The position numbers and the translations under genes are program-made. DNA of 64,000 nt from Methanobacteriota archaeon (GTDB lineage: Archaea; Halobacteriota; Bog-38; Methanoflorentales; Methanoflorentaceae): assembly GCA_963701995.1 (NCBI GenBank), contig OY969693.1, positions 1,793,512-1,857,511 of the forward strand, given 5' to 3'. Every line of letters starts with the position of its first letter. The first letter of the stretch is position 1. This document shows positions 1 through 10,589 of the stretch, piece by piece. Under the pieces are notes generated by a model. It saw nothing but the letters and a program-made list of their open reading frames with translations, was not told the DNA's origin and made no database searches.

Positions 1-372
1 GGGTGGTTCGTTTACGACGGCTTTGTGGACAGACGGCAGCTCGAGCGCGGCTTGCAATGCGATGAGGCCGCCAGAGCTCAGCCCGAAGACGTTGTGCGCC
101 TCAGTCTCGGTTAGAAGCGTATCCACGTCTTCAACTTCTCTGCGCATGCTATAATTGTCACCAAATGGCCCACTCAGACCGCGGCCGCGCCTATCAGGAA
201 TATACACGGTGAACGCATCCGATAGAGCAGCGCCGAGCTTCGAATAACTCTGTGAGGCATTGGCGCCTCCGTGAAAAAGAATAACGCCCGGGCCATCGCC
301 CATCTGGCGATACCCTATCGCAGTCCCGTCCTTAGAGACGACTGAACCCATCTCGTATTTTCGGTTGCTCAC
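1..372 (-). CDS. alpha/beta hydrolase, N-terminal part (runs off the window edge)
   Basis: Manual translation: SKDGTAIGY...VILFHGG...DRRGRGLS...FGLSSGG (nucleophile elbow); GTG at 372 or ATG at 351. Confidence 0.8.
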   Translation of the reverse strand, partial: MSNRKYEMGSVVSKDGTAIGYRQMGDGPGVILFHGGANASQSYSKLGAALSDAFTVYIPDRRGRGLSGPFGDNYSMRREVEDVDTLLTETEAHNVFGLSSGGLIALQAALELPSVHKAVVNEPP

Positions 373-494
373 CTAAATCCTCTAATGCTGCTAGAGTTGC
401 CCTTAATTGAACCGCATGTCAAGTTGGGCACGCTGTCGGGATTGTCCAAACAAAATTCGACCCGTCTTCCATCGCGCTGCACAAACTTTTTTTG

Positions 495-899
495 TTAGCT
501 CTGGATTTGTCGCACCAGACCAAACACATTAATGATGCGCCCTCTCTCCACGACCTTGCCATTGGCGAACTTGTTGAAGGCCATCATAGTGCCTCTGACC
601 TGTTTGCCTGTCGCTGGGACGCCCATAAACGTGCCAGAGTGTGTGCCACGCAACGTCGATCGCTCTGCGACCATGTCTCCTTCGGCAATCATAGTCTCGA
701 TCGTGAAGCTGAGGTCCGGAAAGCTCTTGCGAAGCCTGATAAGGCGTTCCTTAAATCCCTCAACGCCGGAGGCTTGCCCCTGAAGGGGGAGGAGGTCAAC
801 AACGTCGGCAGCGAGCGCTTCGTCTATCGCCTTCAAATCGACAGTGTTGAAGGCGTCGTAAAGGCGCCGAATGACCGCTTTGTTGTCTTCAAGCGACAT
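495..899 (-). CDS. SnoaL-like ester cyclase / NTF2-fold protein
   Basis: MSLEDNKAVIRR...FPDL...AEGDMV...GTHSGTFMGVPATGK is the typical SnoaL-like pattern. Confidence 0.85.
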   Translation of the reverse strand: MSLEDNKAVIRRLYDAFNTVDLKAIDEALAADVVDLLPLQGQASGVEGFKERLIRLRKSFPDLSFTIETMIAEGDMVAERSTLRGTHSGTFMGVPATGKQVRGTMMAFNKFANGKVVERGRIINVFGLVRQIQS

Positions 900-1033
900 A
901 GTGTGTTCGTTGTTTTTACGCCACATTTAAAGTGGTTGCGTTATCGAAGATGCATGCGGTTGAGATCTCGCGCGCTCAGCAGCCAAACGCAGAGCGTTAT
1001 GCTCAAGAACTTGCCCAGTGGCGAGCCCAGTCC

Positions 1034-1429
1034 TCAGCTTACCGCTTTCTTCACGAGCGCGCCGATCCTTGCCTCTTCGGCGGCAGTCAACTCCTTTAGC
1101 GCGAAGGCGATCGGCCACATGTGGCCTTCGTCGAGGTTCGCCTCGGAGTTGAAGCCAAGCGTCATGTACCTCTCTTTAAACTTCTGCCCGCTGCGGAAGA
1201 AGAAGACGACCTTGCCGTCCTTGGCATACGCGGGCATCCCGTACCAGAGTTTCGGCGAGAGGGCTGGCGCGCTGGCTTTGATGACTGCATGGAGCCGCTC
1301 GCCCATGGCGCGATCCGGTCCCGGCATCGCGGCGATCGCCGCGAGCACGGCGCTTTCCCCGTCCGCCTTGTCCGCGCGCTGGTCGGGCTTTTGTTGATTG
1401 ATCGTTGTTTCTTTCTTTGTGTTTTTCAT
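1034..1429 (-). CDS. DUF1801 / YdhG-like protein
   Basis: [22 protein letters not shown]...[19 protein letters not shown] upstream of ATG 1429; visibly more GC-rich than its neighbours. Confidence 0.8.
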   Translation of the reverse strand: MKNTKKETTINQQKPDQRADKADGESAVLAAIAAMPGPDRAMGERLHAVIKASAPALSPKLWYGMPAYAKDGKVVFFFRSGQKFKERYMTLGFNSEANLDEGHMWPIAFALKELTAAEEARIGALVKKAVS

Positions 1430-1581
1430 GAGTTGCCTCTTAACTGTTTCAAGACGATTCACGTTGTTTTATCGCTAAAAAAAACGGGGTACAGGGCGGA
1501 TAAGTCTTGTCCACTTTTTCAACAAGCTTTGCGGACAGTAGCGACAGATTTGGCACTTTTGTACGACTCCGCAGGTGGCCG

Positions 1582-1598
1582 CCGAAAAACTTTTTCGG
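1582..1598. repeat. perfect 8-bp inverted repeat CCGAAAAA-C-TTTTTCGG
   Basis: Read directly from the intergenic sequence. Confidence 0.7.
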
Positions 1599-1728
1599 AA
1601 GTGCTCGACCAGCTCCGACGCGCATCATTCAGATTGCAACACCTTTTACCTCCGCCTGATGTAGGCGAAGACAACTACCCGTCAAAGGGTCAGGGCAGAA
1701 GTCATTTTCTAAGAATTGATGACACTCT

Positions 1729-2388
1729 CTATTTAGTCGGTCGCAAAGTCGAAGATTTCAGCACTGCTAACACATGCTTTCTATAATCGACTCCGTCCAT
1801 CAAGGTGATGATGTCATCTTCACCTGATTCTGACGGTTCGAGCGTTACTTTGTCGAACTTATGGTCGATGCCGCCCTCCGTTTCCACGCTGTGCCAATAA
1901 AAGCGAACTTGTTTAGGCACGTCCAGGGGTATGCCACGCTTTGCCTTCTCATAAGCAGCGATCCACGTCTGCATTATCGCTTGCCATTCAGCATTGAGCT
2001 TCTGGATCCCCGGTCGATACATAAAGTTCACGTTGAATGACTTGTATGTCAACTCCTCTACAGGGACACGTCCTGTATATGGGCCATATATAAAGGACGA
2101 ATGTTCTTTGTATGCCCGATCTGCCGCCTGCCCGATGTACGGTATCAGTCGCAACGATGGGTGATGAGCGATGCGAGGGCTATGCCGTACTGCCCAGACT
2201 GCCGCTGCCGTATACACCGCCTCCTCGCTCCATGATGCGGCGCGTCCTTTTTTTCCACTCCCCTTCCCGTGTTTGTAGCGTTCCGGTTCAGGGATGATAT
2301 GGAGAGTATATGCCCACCCTTTGAGCGTGTCTAGTGCAATATCCACACCTAGTTTATGAAGCCGGGCTTGAACTTCGTCAAGGTTCAT
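1729..2388 (-). CDS. hypothetical protein with N-terminal MerR/excisionase-like helix-turn-helix
   Basis: LGVDIALDTLKGWA...IIPEPER...GRAASW resembles a MerR-type wHTH; divergent from 2637 across an AT-rich gap. Confidence 0.5.
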   Translation of the reverse strand: MNLDEVQARLHKLGVDIALDTLKGWAYTLHIIPEPERYKHGKGSGKKGRAASWSEEAVYTAAAVWAVRHSPRIAHHPSLRLIPYIGQAADRAYKEHSSFIYGPYTGRVPVEELTYKSFNVNFMYRPGIQKLNAEWQAIMQTWIAAYEKAKRGIPLDVPKQVRFYWHSVETEGGIDHKFDKVTLEPSESGEDDIITLMDGVDYRKHVLAVLKSSTLRPTK

Positions 2389-2636
2389 TTGTTCATCTTA
2401 CCGTCGTCTTGCTATATGTACTTACTCTATTAGTTTTAATATAAGATTTCTACGGTTACCTATTAGTTTCAATATATTATAAAAAAATGCCAAATATAAC
2501 GCTTAAAATGCGAAAAATAAAACCATTAGAAAATGACTTAAAGGATAACAGCGTCATGATTTTTAGCCATAGCGAGTGGCTATGCATAAATTGACGTCTA
2601 AGCTCCGCTTTAGCAAAAGTGAAGGAGTATAAACAC

Positions 2637-3038
2637 ATGATTGAAAATTTAAAACCAATAGAACGAGAAGCGAATGACGAATCCCTCCCGATGCCTGAAT
2701 CAAAGGCAGTAATTGGAAACGAGCTAACGGAAGGAACGCACCGGTTCAGAATAACAGGTCGTACAATAGAGACCGATGTAAAGCTCAAGGGAAAAACGGG
2801 AACTTACACTAGATTCGAATTGCGTGCTAGGCCGATAGATATGGAACTCGACCAAGGGAAATCGCTTGGAATCTTCTACTCGTATAACTTAAAGACGTCG
2901 ACCGAATGCGGGCACTTCCTCAAAAATCAAGGCGTGCATATTGAGTATCTCGACAACGATCGTGTGAACCTCATAGGATTGATCGGGAGCAGCTTCAAGG
3001 CAGAAGCCGCCAAAAGGCAAGAAATAGAAAAAGCTTAG
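2637..3038 (+). CDS. hypothetical protein, possibly OB-fold ssDNA-binding
   Basis: AGGAG upstream of ATG 2637; LTEGTHRFRI...LIGSSFKA loosely resembles mobile-element SSB-like proteins (weak). Confidence 0.45.
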   Translation: MIENLKPIEREANDESLPMPESKAVIGNELTEGTHRFRITGRTIETDVKLKGKTGTYTRFELRARPIDMELDQGKSLGIFYSYNLKTSTECGHFLKNQGVHIEYLDNDRVNLIGLIGSSFKAEAAKRQEIEKA

Positions 3039-3206
3039 CTCTTCGCAGCGCGAACCCATTTCTAAACCAAATGTATTAGTAACAATTGATGCAACTGAGC
3101 TTAGTCATTTGACTGCTATCAATATTGCAGACTTTTCCTTGTCAACGACTTATTTCCTCTAGAATCAAAGAACTGGTTTGCGTTAGATAAGTGCGAGGTG
3201 AGAAAT

Positions 3207-3368
3207 ATGCAACTCATAAAATGTGACAGGTGCAAAGAGATTACAGACTACCGAGGTTTTCTAACCGTTGAGACTACTCGATTTAAAAACTCGTTTGACC
3301 TTTGTAAAAAATGCGAAGATGAAATGAGGGAACTGGTAAGAAATGCTATAACAGTTGACGAGGGATAA
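3207..3368 (+). CDS. small CxxC...CxxC zinc-finger protein (53 aa, not in the ORF track)
   Basis: MQLIKCDRC...DLCKKCEDEMRELV; SD-like GAGGTGA upstream. Confidence 0.7.
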   Translation: MQLIKCDRCKEITDYRGFLTVETTRFKNSFDLCKKCEDEMRELVRNAITVDEG

Positions 3369-3966
3369 GCCGAGTCGCAGCGATGATTGGACAGACATAG
3401 TCTCGGATTTCGCAGCGGTTATGCTAGCCGCCGCTACTACTATCTTAGTGATTGTTACGGGGCGGCTTGTAGCTACTGCCTCGCTAGAGCAGAACGGCTT
3501 GACGGATCGTATTTGCGGACGTTTGCCCTTGAGTTAAAAGAGCAGCTCGCCCAGACGCTTACTGCGTTTGTTATGTCGATTTTGACTCAGCCACGTAGGC
3601 GCCTAGATACGGAAAGTGCTGCGGAGCCACCGCTTCGTCAAATCATTGATGCGTTGCAGTAGGTGATGTGCACACATGACGCTGAAAAGCTGGCGATTTC
3701 TGTACTCGAAATCTACAAAGGCAGTTTAGCGAATGGCGACGAAAGTCTGTTTGACCTACCGTAGAATGTTAGTGAAGTCACATAGTCTCGTCAGCACAGT
3801 GAAAAAACCAAAAGCATTTTGGTGTATTCACGCAGCTTAAGCAACATATTGAACAAGAAGCGACCAGAAGGCGGGGTCAAAAAAGAGATCAGCCATAAGC
3901 GCGTCCTGCTTGGGTTATGGAAGAGCGAGATCGACAGCGGACGTCTTTGGAATAAATAACCAGACA

Positions 3967-5457
3967 ATGAGACAGGAAAAGATCGCCACGGAAGAATTAA
4001 CGCTTGACGAGATGGAGCAAGCGCTCTGGAAAGCCGCTGACATCCTCCGAGGCGCAGTCAGACCTGAGAGATACGGCAGCTATATGCTTCCGCTACTCTT
4101 CTTCAAACGACTATCTGATGTCTACGAGGAGGAGTATCAGGCGCTCCTTGAAAGGTTCAAGGACGAGGAAATCGCCAAGAGCAAGTTTCACCGCTTTACA
4201 ATCCCTGGGGGGTGTTTGTGGGAGGATATCCGTGTGGTGGCTCAAAACGTGGGTCAGAAACTCAATGATACGCTTGCCCAAATCGCAAAAATTAATTCAT
4301 CGCTTGAAGGTGTGATCAACCGCGCAGATTTCAACAAGCAGGACGAGCTCCCGCAAGATCGGCTCATAAGGCTTATCGAGCACTTCAGCCCTCTTCATCT
4401 TGGCAACAACGATGTCTCACCCGACATACTTGGTACGGTCTACGAGTATCTCCTCAAGAAGTTTAATGAGGTGGCTCCGCAACGGGCTGGAGAGTTTTAT
4501 ACGCCGAGAGAGGTTGTCCGGACGATGGTGGAGATCCTTGATCCTCAAGAGGGATATGAGATTTACGATCCGTGTTGCGGAAGTGGGGGGATGCTCATTG
4601 AGTCGCACTATCACCTTGCGCGAGAGGGTAAAGATCCGAAGAAACTTTTCTTATATGGCCAGGAGATCAATGGCGAAACGTGGACTATTGCGATGATGAA
4701 CGTCATGCTCCACGATCTTGAGGCAGAGCTGGATCAAGGTGATAGTTTTGCTGATCCAAGGTTCCTGGATGGATCTTCCTTGAAGCAGTTTGATCTAGTG
4801 ATCGCCAATCCAATGTGGAACCAGGATGGCTACCGATCGATTATGGAAAGCGATCAGTTTGGTCGTTTCACGTATGGCATAGCATCGAATAGTTCTGCCG
4901 ATTGGGGTTGGATACAGCATATGCTCGCCAGCTTAAAGACTACAGGAAGAATGGGCATCGTTCTTGACCAAGGAGCGCTGTTTCGAGGCGGCGCTGAAGG
5001 GAAGATAAGAAAACAGATCATTGAGAAGGACTTAGTGGAGTGCGTGGTAGCTTTGCCTGAGAAGTTGTTTTACAATACCGGAGCTCCAGGATGTTTGCTT
5101 TTCCTAAACAAAGAGAGAAAAAAGGACAGAAGATCGAAAATCCTTTTCATCTATGCTGCCAAAGGGTTCGAGAAGCGCAAGAGCATGAACCAACTGAGAG
5201 ATGAAGACGTTCAGGGGATTACAGATGCTTACAAGCATTTCAAAGACGTTGAAGGTTACTGCAAATTGGCCGACTTGGACACTGTTAGAGCTAACGACTA
5301 CAACTTGGCCGTGAATCGATATGCAGGAGTGTTAGATGATGAAGAGCTGGTGGACGTGGCGAAAATCTGGCAAGAGCTGAGGAGGCTGGAGAGTGAAAGA
5401 CAACTAATTGATGGGAGAGTGAAGAATTTCTTGGAGGAATTGGGCTATGAGAAGTAG
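3967..5457 (+). CDS. hsdM: type I restriction-modification methyltransferase subunit
   Basis: LWKAADILRG, GEFYTPREV, YDPCCGSGGML (motif I), NPMW (motif IV variant), LFYNTG. Confidence 0.95.
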   Translation: MRQEKIATEELTLDEMEQALWKAADILRGAVRPERYGSYMLPLLFFKRLSDVYEEEYQALLERFKDEEIAKSKFHRFTIPGGCLWEDIRVVAQNVGQKLNDTLAQIAKINSSLEGVINRADFNKQDELPQDRLIRLIEHFSPLHLGNNDVSPDILGTVYEYLLKKFNEVAPQRAGEFYTPREVVRTMVEILDPQEGYEIYDPCCGSGGMLIESHYHLAREGKDPKKLFLYGQEINGETWTIAMMNVMLHDLEAELDQGDSFADPRFLDGSSLKQFDLVIANPMWNQDGYRSIMESDQFGRFTYGIASNSSADWGWIQHMLASLKTTGRMGIVLDQGALFRGGAEGKIRKQIIEKDLVECVVALPEKLFYNTGAPGCLLFLNKERKKDRRSKILFIYAAKGFEKRKSMNQLRDEDVQGITDAYKHFKDVEGYCKLADLDTVRANDYNLAVNRYAGVLDDEELVDVAKIWQELRRLESERQLIDGRVKNFLEELGYEK

Positions 5458-6688
5458 GTTGAAAGAAGCTTCACTCGATGATGTCTGTTTGTTGGTCACT
5501 GATGGTACTCATGATACGCCTAAGCGAGTAAAAGACGGCTTTCCGTTAATTAAGGCTAAGGAAATCGTCGGCCGAAAAATCGATTTTGAGACTTGCGATC
5601 GAATTTCGGAAAAGGAACACCTGCGGGTTATAGCAAGGTCGAAACCTGAATATGGAGATACTCTATTTGCACACATAGGCGCTTCTCTTGGGGAAGCTGC
5701 CTTCGTAAATACAAACCGTTCTTTTAGCATCAAAAACATCGCTTTGTTTAAACCAAACCCAGCAATAATAAATCAACGCTATCTTTTTTATTTGATAACA
5801 AGTCCCGCCTTCCAAGAGCTAGCCAAACGGACCAAAACAGGTTCAGCGCAACCATTTCTCAGTCTTGGAAAGCTGAGAGCTCATCGAATAACTTATCACC
5901 AGGTTATGGATGAGCAACGGAAGATCGCGGCGATTCTCTCCGAAGTTGATAATTCTATTGAAAAATCCGACGAGATTATCACAAAGACGCAGCAGCTCCG
6001 AACAGGTCTCATGCAGCAGCTGTTGACCAAGGGGATCGGACATACGAGGTTTAAGCAAACGGAACTCGGAGAGATTCCAGAAGAATGGGAGGTAGTTTAT
6101 TTCAGACAAATTATCACTTCGTACAGAAATGGTATTTATAAACCATCTAGTTTCTATGGCAGAGGCATTCCGAGTGTCAGAATGTACAACATTGACGATG
6201 GAAAAGTCAACAAAGCTAAAGCTCCTTTGCTTGATGTAACAAAACCAGAAGCGAAAAGTTATGGACTCCTTCCAGGCGATATTCTGATAAACAGAGTTAA
6301 TAGCATAGATCAGGTCGGCAAAGCAGGAATCGTGCAAGATGACCTTGGAGATGCTATCTTTGAAAGCAAAAACATCAGGGTTAGAGTGAGCCCTGATAGA
6401 TGCGATCCGCATTATCTCGCATATTTTTTGTGTACGTCTCTGTATCTTAAGCAGATCCGGTCGAGAATCAAACCGGCAGTCTCTCAGGCAACAATCAATC
6501 AAGATGATTTAGACCAAATCCAGATCTGTATGCCCCCCTTATCAGAACAGCAAGAAATCGCCTCTATTCTATCGACTCTGGATGAAAAAATTGAAACAGA
6601 AATGCAAAGGAAAGAAGAAGTCGAACATCTCAAGAAAGGCCTCGTAAGTGATCTTCTAACTGGAAAAGTGAGAGTTAAGGTGACATAA
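5447..6688 (+). CDS. hsdS: type I RM specificity subunit (two TRDs)
   Basis: Two conserved regions (EQRKIAAILS; PPLSEQQEIASILS), ELGEIPEEW, C-terminal LLTGKVRV. Confidence 0.95.
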   Translation: MRSRLKEASLDDVCLLVTDGTHDTPKRVKDGFPLIKAKEIVGRKIDFETCDRISEKEHLRVIARSKPEYGDTLFAHIGASLGEAAFVNTNRSFSIKNIALFKPNPAIINQRYLFYLITSPAFQELAKRTKTGSAQPFLSLGKLRAHRITYHQVMDEQRKIAAILSEVDNSIEKSDEIITKTQQLRTGLMQQLLTKGIGHTRFKQTELGEIPEEWEVVYFRQIITSYRNGIYKPSSFYGRGIPSVRMYNIDDGKVNKAKAPLLDVTKPEAKSYGLLPGDILINRVNSIDQVGKAGIVQDDLGDAIFESKNIRVRVSPDRCDPHYLAYFLCTSLYLKQIRSRIKPAVSQATINQDDLDQIQICMPPLSEQQEIASILSTLDEKIETEMQRKEEVEHLKKGLVSDLLTGKVRVKVT

Positions 6689-9556
6689 GTGCCTTACACT
6701 GAAGTCGACGTCGTTGAAAAGCCAATCATCGACTGGCTTCAGCAGTTGGGTTGGACGTATGTCCCCGCCGATAAACTGAATCGAAATACTGAAGAGCCCT
6801 TTGACCTAGCCGTCCTGCGTGAAACGATCCAGCGACTCAATCCAGCGACCATTCTCACAGCTGAAGACGTCGATACGGTCATCAATCATCTCAGACAGAT
6901 CTCTAATGATATCAACGGCAACCGGCACTTTTCAGAATGGGTTAAGGGAGACCGAAGCATCGTACTGCGCCGAGGCGAGAAGGCCCAGGTTATCCGTTTA
7001 GTTAACCCTAGTATTGAGGAGAACATCTTCACTGCGACAAATCAGTTCACGTTCTTCGGGTACGAGCACGTTCGGTTCGATATCGTGCTGATGATAAACG
7101 GCATTCCACTCACACTAATAGAAGCCAAAAAGCCAACCCGCGAAACTTTAGACTATCACGAAGCCATAACACAAATATTACGATACCACAGGGATGCCCC
7201 CCAGTTTTTCAAACATTTAGCCCTTGCTTGTGCGACTGACGGGGTTAATTTCCGCTATGACTGGATAGCCCCCGACAAGTTTTTTGAGTGGAAGGATCGG
7301 GATAAACGATTCACAGACCCCCTTGAAGCATCCGTCAATGCCTTTTTCGAGCGTGGTTTCTTTTTAGACTTCATTAACAACTTCGTCGTTTTTGAAACTG
7401 AGCGCGAGCAGGTACGCAAGAAGATCGCAATGTACCAGCAAGTAAGTGCTGCTAATAAAATTGTCTCGCGCATCATTGAGGGGAAAATAAAGAGCGGTCT
7501 TATATGGCACACACAAGGATCCGGTAAGTCGCTCACTATGCTCTTTGCTGCGTGGAAGCTCAAAAAGGCCCCACAACTGTTAAATCCCACGATTTTGCTC
7601 CTCGTCGATCGGATAGACTTAGAGCGGCAACTGTCTGGGGCGTTTGCAAACGTCGACTTTCCCTATACTACAAAAGCAAAGAGCTCCCAGGATCTTATCG
7701 AGAAACTCTCAAAAGATAGTCGAGAAGTCATCATCACCACTGTACAGAAGTTTAGGAGAGAGCTAAAAGAGGCGCTAAGCGAACGTGAAAACATTATAAT
7801 CTTCGTTGACGAGGCGCATCGATCACAATACGGAAAGTTTGCGATGCGGGTGCGACAGGCTTTCCCAAACGCCTTTGTGTTTGGGTTTACCGGCACGCCC
7901 ATCGAGAAAGGAGCGGCGGGGAGGAGCACTTTTCGGACGTTCTGCCCCCAAGGCGAGACGTACCTCGACAAGTATGGTATACGCCAATCGATTGAAGATG
8001 GCGCGACAATTCGTCTCCTCTATCAATCACGGTTAGTGAATTACCACATCCCACGCGAGGAGCTCGACAGGGAGTTCCTTTCGATCACACTGGGCCTCTC
8101 TGAGAAGAGGCAGGAAGAGGTGCTCGATAAGAGCGCTACCATCCGGACGGCTTTAAAGGCACAGCATCGAATTGAAGCCATTGCACAAGACGTCGCCGAA
8201 CATTATACTACTCACATTGCTCCCAACGGATTCAAAGCACAGCTTGTCGCGGTCGACCGAGAAGCGTGCGCGATGTACAAGGAAGCGCTCGACCGACATT
8301 TGCCGGTCGAAGAATCTGTCGTGATCTACACCGCAAACCAAAACGACAGCGAACTTTTGCGACGCTATCACCTCGATAAAGACGAACAAATGACGATCAC
8401 AGGAGGCAGCTTCCAGAAGCAAGGTGAGAATCCCAAGATACTGATTGTCACCGACATGCTGCTCACCGGCTTTGATGCACCAATCGAGCAGGTGATGTAC
8501 TTAGACAAACCGATGCGCGACCATAAGCTCCTCCAAGCGATTGCACGAACAAACCGACCATATCCTGGCAAGGCAGCAGGGATCATCGTGGATTATGTCG
8601 GCATCTTCGATAATCTCGTAAAGGCTCTCAACTTTCAAGAGGAGGATATAGAAGGGGTTGCCTTCGACTATGAAGTGTTAAAAGAAGAGTTCAGTGCCAT
8701 TATTGCCTCTGCTATCAAGCCATTCAGCGAGATCGTGCGAGATGGGTCGCGGGAATCACTTTTTAAGGCGTTCTCCGTCCTTGATAATGAAAAGCGATAC
8801 AAAGAATTCAAAAAGGGCCTTCAACAGCTTAAGCGGCGATACGAGACCATTGCGCCCGACCCGTTTCTTTTGCAATATGACGATGACTATACGTGGCTCA
8901 TAGAAGTGAACGAAGCTCATAACAAGTTTCGCCACCGCGAGGATCCCGACCTCGCGGAATATCAAGAAAAAACGAAGCAGCTCATCAGGGAGAAGCTTCT
9001 AGTCAATGCGCTGGAAACGCAACTCCCCTTATTTGAAATAGACAGTGAGTATCTCAAGAAACTTGATGGACATCATTTCACCAAGCGGCAGAAAGTGATG
9101 GAAATAACCGAAGCAGTACGCCGTCACATCAGCATCAACGTCGAAACGAACCCCATCTATGAAACGCTGAGTCACCGGCTGGAACGAATTTTGAAGATCG
9201 AGGATATACCAAAACTGCTTGAGGCGATGGAACTTCTTGTGGGAAACATCGTTGAGACAGAACGACGTGCCAAGGAACTCGGCCTGTCAAAAGAGGAGTA
9301 CGCCCTTTTAAACGTGGCCAAGAAGTACGTGCATAACGAAAGCGATGCCGTGCTCATCGCCTTCACTAAGCGCGTTACTGACACTATAAAACCGCGGCTT
9401 TTCCCTGGTTGGTGGCGGAAGGTGAAGGTTGCAACAGAGATAGAAAAGACGTTGTTTGATGCGTGCTTCGAGGAGTTTAGAGGACAGCTGAGCATGAAAG
9501 ACCTCACATCGTTCTGTGAAGAGCTGATGGACTTTGTCGTGAAGTACAATCAGTAG
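6689..9556 (+). CDS. hsdR: type I RM restriction subunit
   Basis: D..NGIPL..IEAK nuclease motif, HTQGSGKS Walker A, DEAH box, FTGTP, QAIARTNR. Confidence 0.95.
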   Translation: MPYTEVDVVEKPIIDWLQQLGWTYVPADKLNRNTEEPFDLAVLRETIQRLNPATILTAEDVDTVINHLRQISNDINGNRHFSEWVKGDRSIVLRRGEKAQVIRLVNPSIEENIFTATNQFTFFGYEHVRFDIVLMINGIPLTLIEAKKPTRETLDYHEAITQILRYHRDAPQFFKHLALACATDGVNFRYDWIAPDKFFEWKDRDKRFTDPLEASVNAFFERGFFLDFINNFVVFETEREQVRKKIAMYQQVSAANKIVSRIIEGKIKSGLIWHTQGSGKSLTMLFAAWKLKKAPQLLNPTILLLVDRIDLERQLSGAFANVDFPYTTKAKSSQDLIEKLSKDSREVIITTVQKFRRELKEALSERENIIIFVDEAHRSQYGKFAMRVRQAFPNAFVFGFTGTPIEKGAAGRSTFRTFCPQGETYLDKYGIRQSIEDGATIRLLYQSRLVNYHIPREELDREFLSITLGLSEKRQEEVLDKSATIRTALKAQHRIEAIAQDVAEHYTTHIAPNGFKAQLVAVDREACAMYKEALDRHLPVEESVVIYTANQNDSELLRRYHLDKDEQMTITGGSFQKQGENPKILIVTDMLLTGFDAPIEQVMYLDKPMRDHKLLQAIARTNRPYPGKAAGIIVDYVGIFDNLVKALNFQEEDIEGVAFDYEVLKEEFSAIIASAIKPFSEIVRDGSRESLFKAFSVLDNEKRYKEFKKGLQQLKRRYETIAPDPFLLQYDDDYTWLIEVNEAHNKFRHREDPDLAEYQEKTKQLIREKLLVNALETQLPLFEIDSEYLKKLDGHHFTKRQKVMEITEAVRRHISINVETNPIYETLSHRLERILKIEDIPKLLEAMELLVGNIVETERRAKELGLSKEEYALLNVAKKYVHNESDAVLIAFTKRVTDTIKPRLFPGWWRKVKVATEIEKTLFDACFEEFRGQLSMKDLTSFCEELMDFVVKYNQ

Positions 9557-9566
9557 GCGCAACAGC

Positions 9567-10286
9567 ATGGGCTCTATTCAAATCGATGGTCGTCAAATCA
9601 ACTATCGCGTAAAAGCGGGAAAGAGTGCGAAATACACTTATCTTAAGTTCACGCCTGATCTTGAGCTCGATGTCGTACTTCCTCACGAATCTGATATAAA
9701 CGTTGAAGCGCTCCTTGAGAAAAAACGGGCGTGGATTGCACGTAAATACGCGGAGCTTTCAAACAGGAAATGCGTTTTTGATGGCACGTCAGTTATGTAC
9801 AAAGGACGTTACTACGACCTCCATGTGGTGCCCCCAGAAAATGGCACGAACGTTGAGGTTCAGAAGGATAAGATCATCATCTCCACGAAAGACGTGGGGG
9901 ATCCATTATCGTCGCTGAAAGAATGGATGACAGCAGCAACTACGGAGCTGTTAACCCGCGAACTGCCGCGTTACGCACACCGTTTCAAAATCACCCTTGG
10001 AGCTGTAGTAGTGAGAAATATTAAGCGCTGGGGGTACTGCTCGAAAACGGGCGCCCTTGTTTTCACGTGGCAGCTGATCGCGTTGCCTGATCGTCTAGCG
10101 GAATACGTGATGCTCCATGAGTTAGCTCATCTATCTGAGTTCAATCATTCGAGGAGGTTTTGGACAAAGTTAGCGTCTATGTGTCCGGACTTTAAGGAGC
10201 GGCAACAAGAGCTTAATCAAGTTTGCACCAGCGCATCAGCGGATTTAGACACATCAGACCTGATAAGCCCTGATAGCGTAATGTAA
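9567..10286 (+). CDS. M48/YgjP-like (DUF45) metallopeptidase linked to type I RM
   Basis: KRWGYCS, YVMLHELAHL (HExxH), NHSRRFW; usual position after hsdR. Confidence 0.9.
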   Translation: MGSIQIDGRQINYRVKAGKSAKYTYLKFTPDLELDVVLPHESDINVEALLEKKRAWIARKYAELSNRKCVFDGTSVMYKGRYYDLHVVPPENGTNVEVQKDKIIISTKDVGDPLSSLKEWMTAATTELLTRELPRYAHRFKITLGAVVVRNIKRWGYCSKTGALVFTWQLIALPDRLAEYVMLHELAHLSEFNHSRRFWTKLASMCPDFKERQQELNQVCTSASADLDTSDLISPDSVM

Positions 10287-10589
10287 GAGCACAAGGAAAT
10301 GAGGGGGAGAACTAGTGATTATTCTGTTTCCCCGCCTTGTCAGCATTAACCGATCTTTTGCTATTCATCAAAGAAGGTGGTCAATGTCCTTCATAGCAGC
10401 CTCCTCGCCTCTCTGCCTATGACTGCTCCAGTTTGCGGCTGTATCTCTAAAAACAAAGGATATTGCGACGTAATCTTCCCGACTGCTATGCACTGCTGCT
10501 TCACGAGGTGCTGTAATGCACTGATTTCTGATCGATCAAGCACGAAGGAGCCAATCTTTAGTGACCTTAACCAGAGATGCCGTAGCGAC

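Noticed and set aside
492..1786. Long plus-strand ORFs 492-1397 and 1121-1786, and similar antisense ORFs over korAB and elsewhere
   Set aside because: Shadow frames opposite well-supported genes, with no recognisable motifs.
3355..3662. Overlapping short ORFs with a TM-like stretch
   Set aside because: Possibly a frameshifted membrane-protein remnant, but there is no recognisable family or good start, so it was not called.
4207..6688. Phase variation of the type I RM system (G6 run in hsdM, hsdS shufflon)
   Set aside because: The homopolymer is short, and there is a single hsdS with no silent TRD cassettes or flanking inverted repeats seen.
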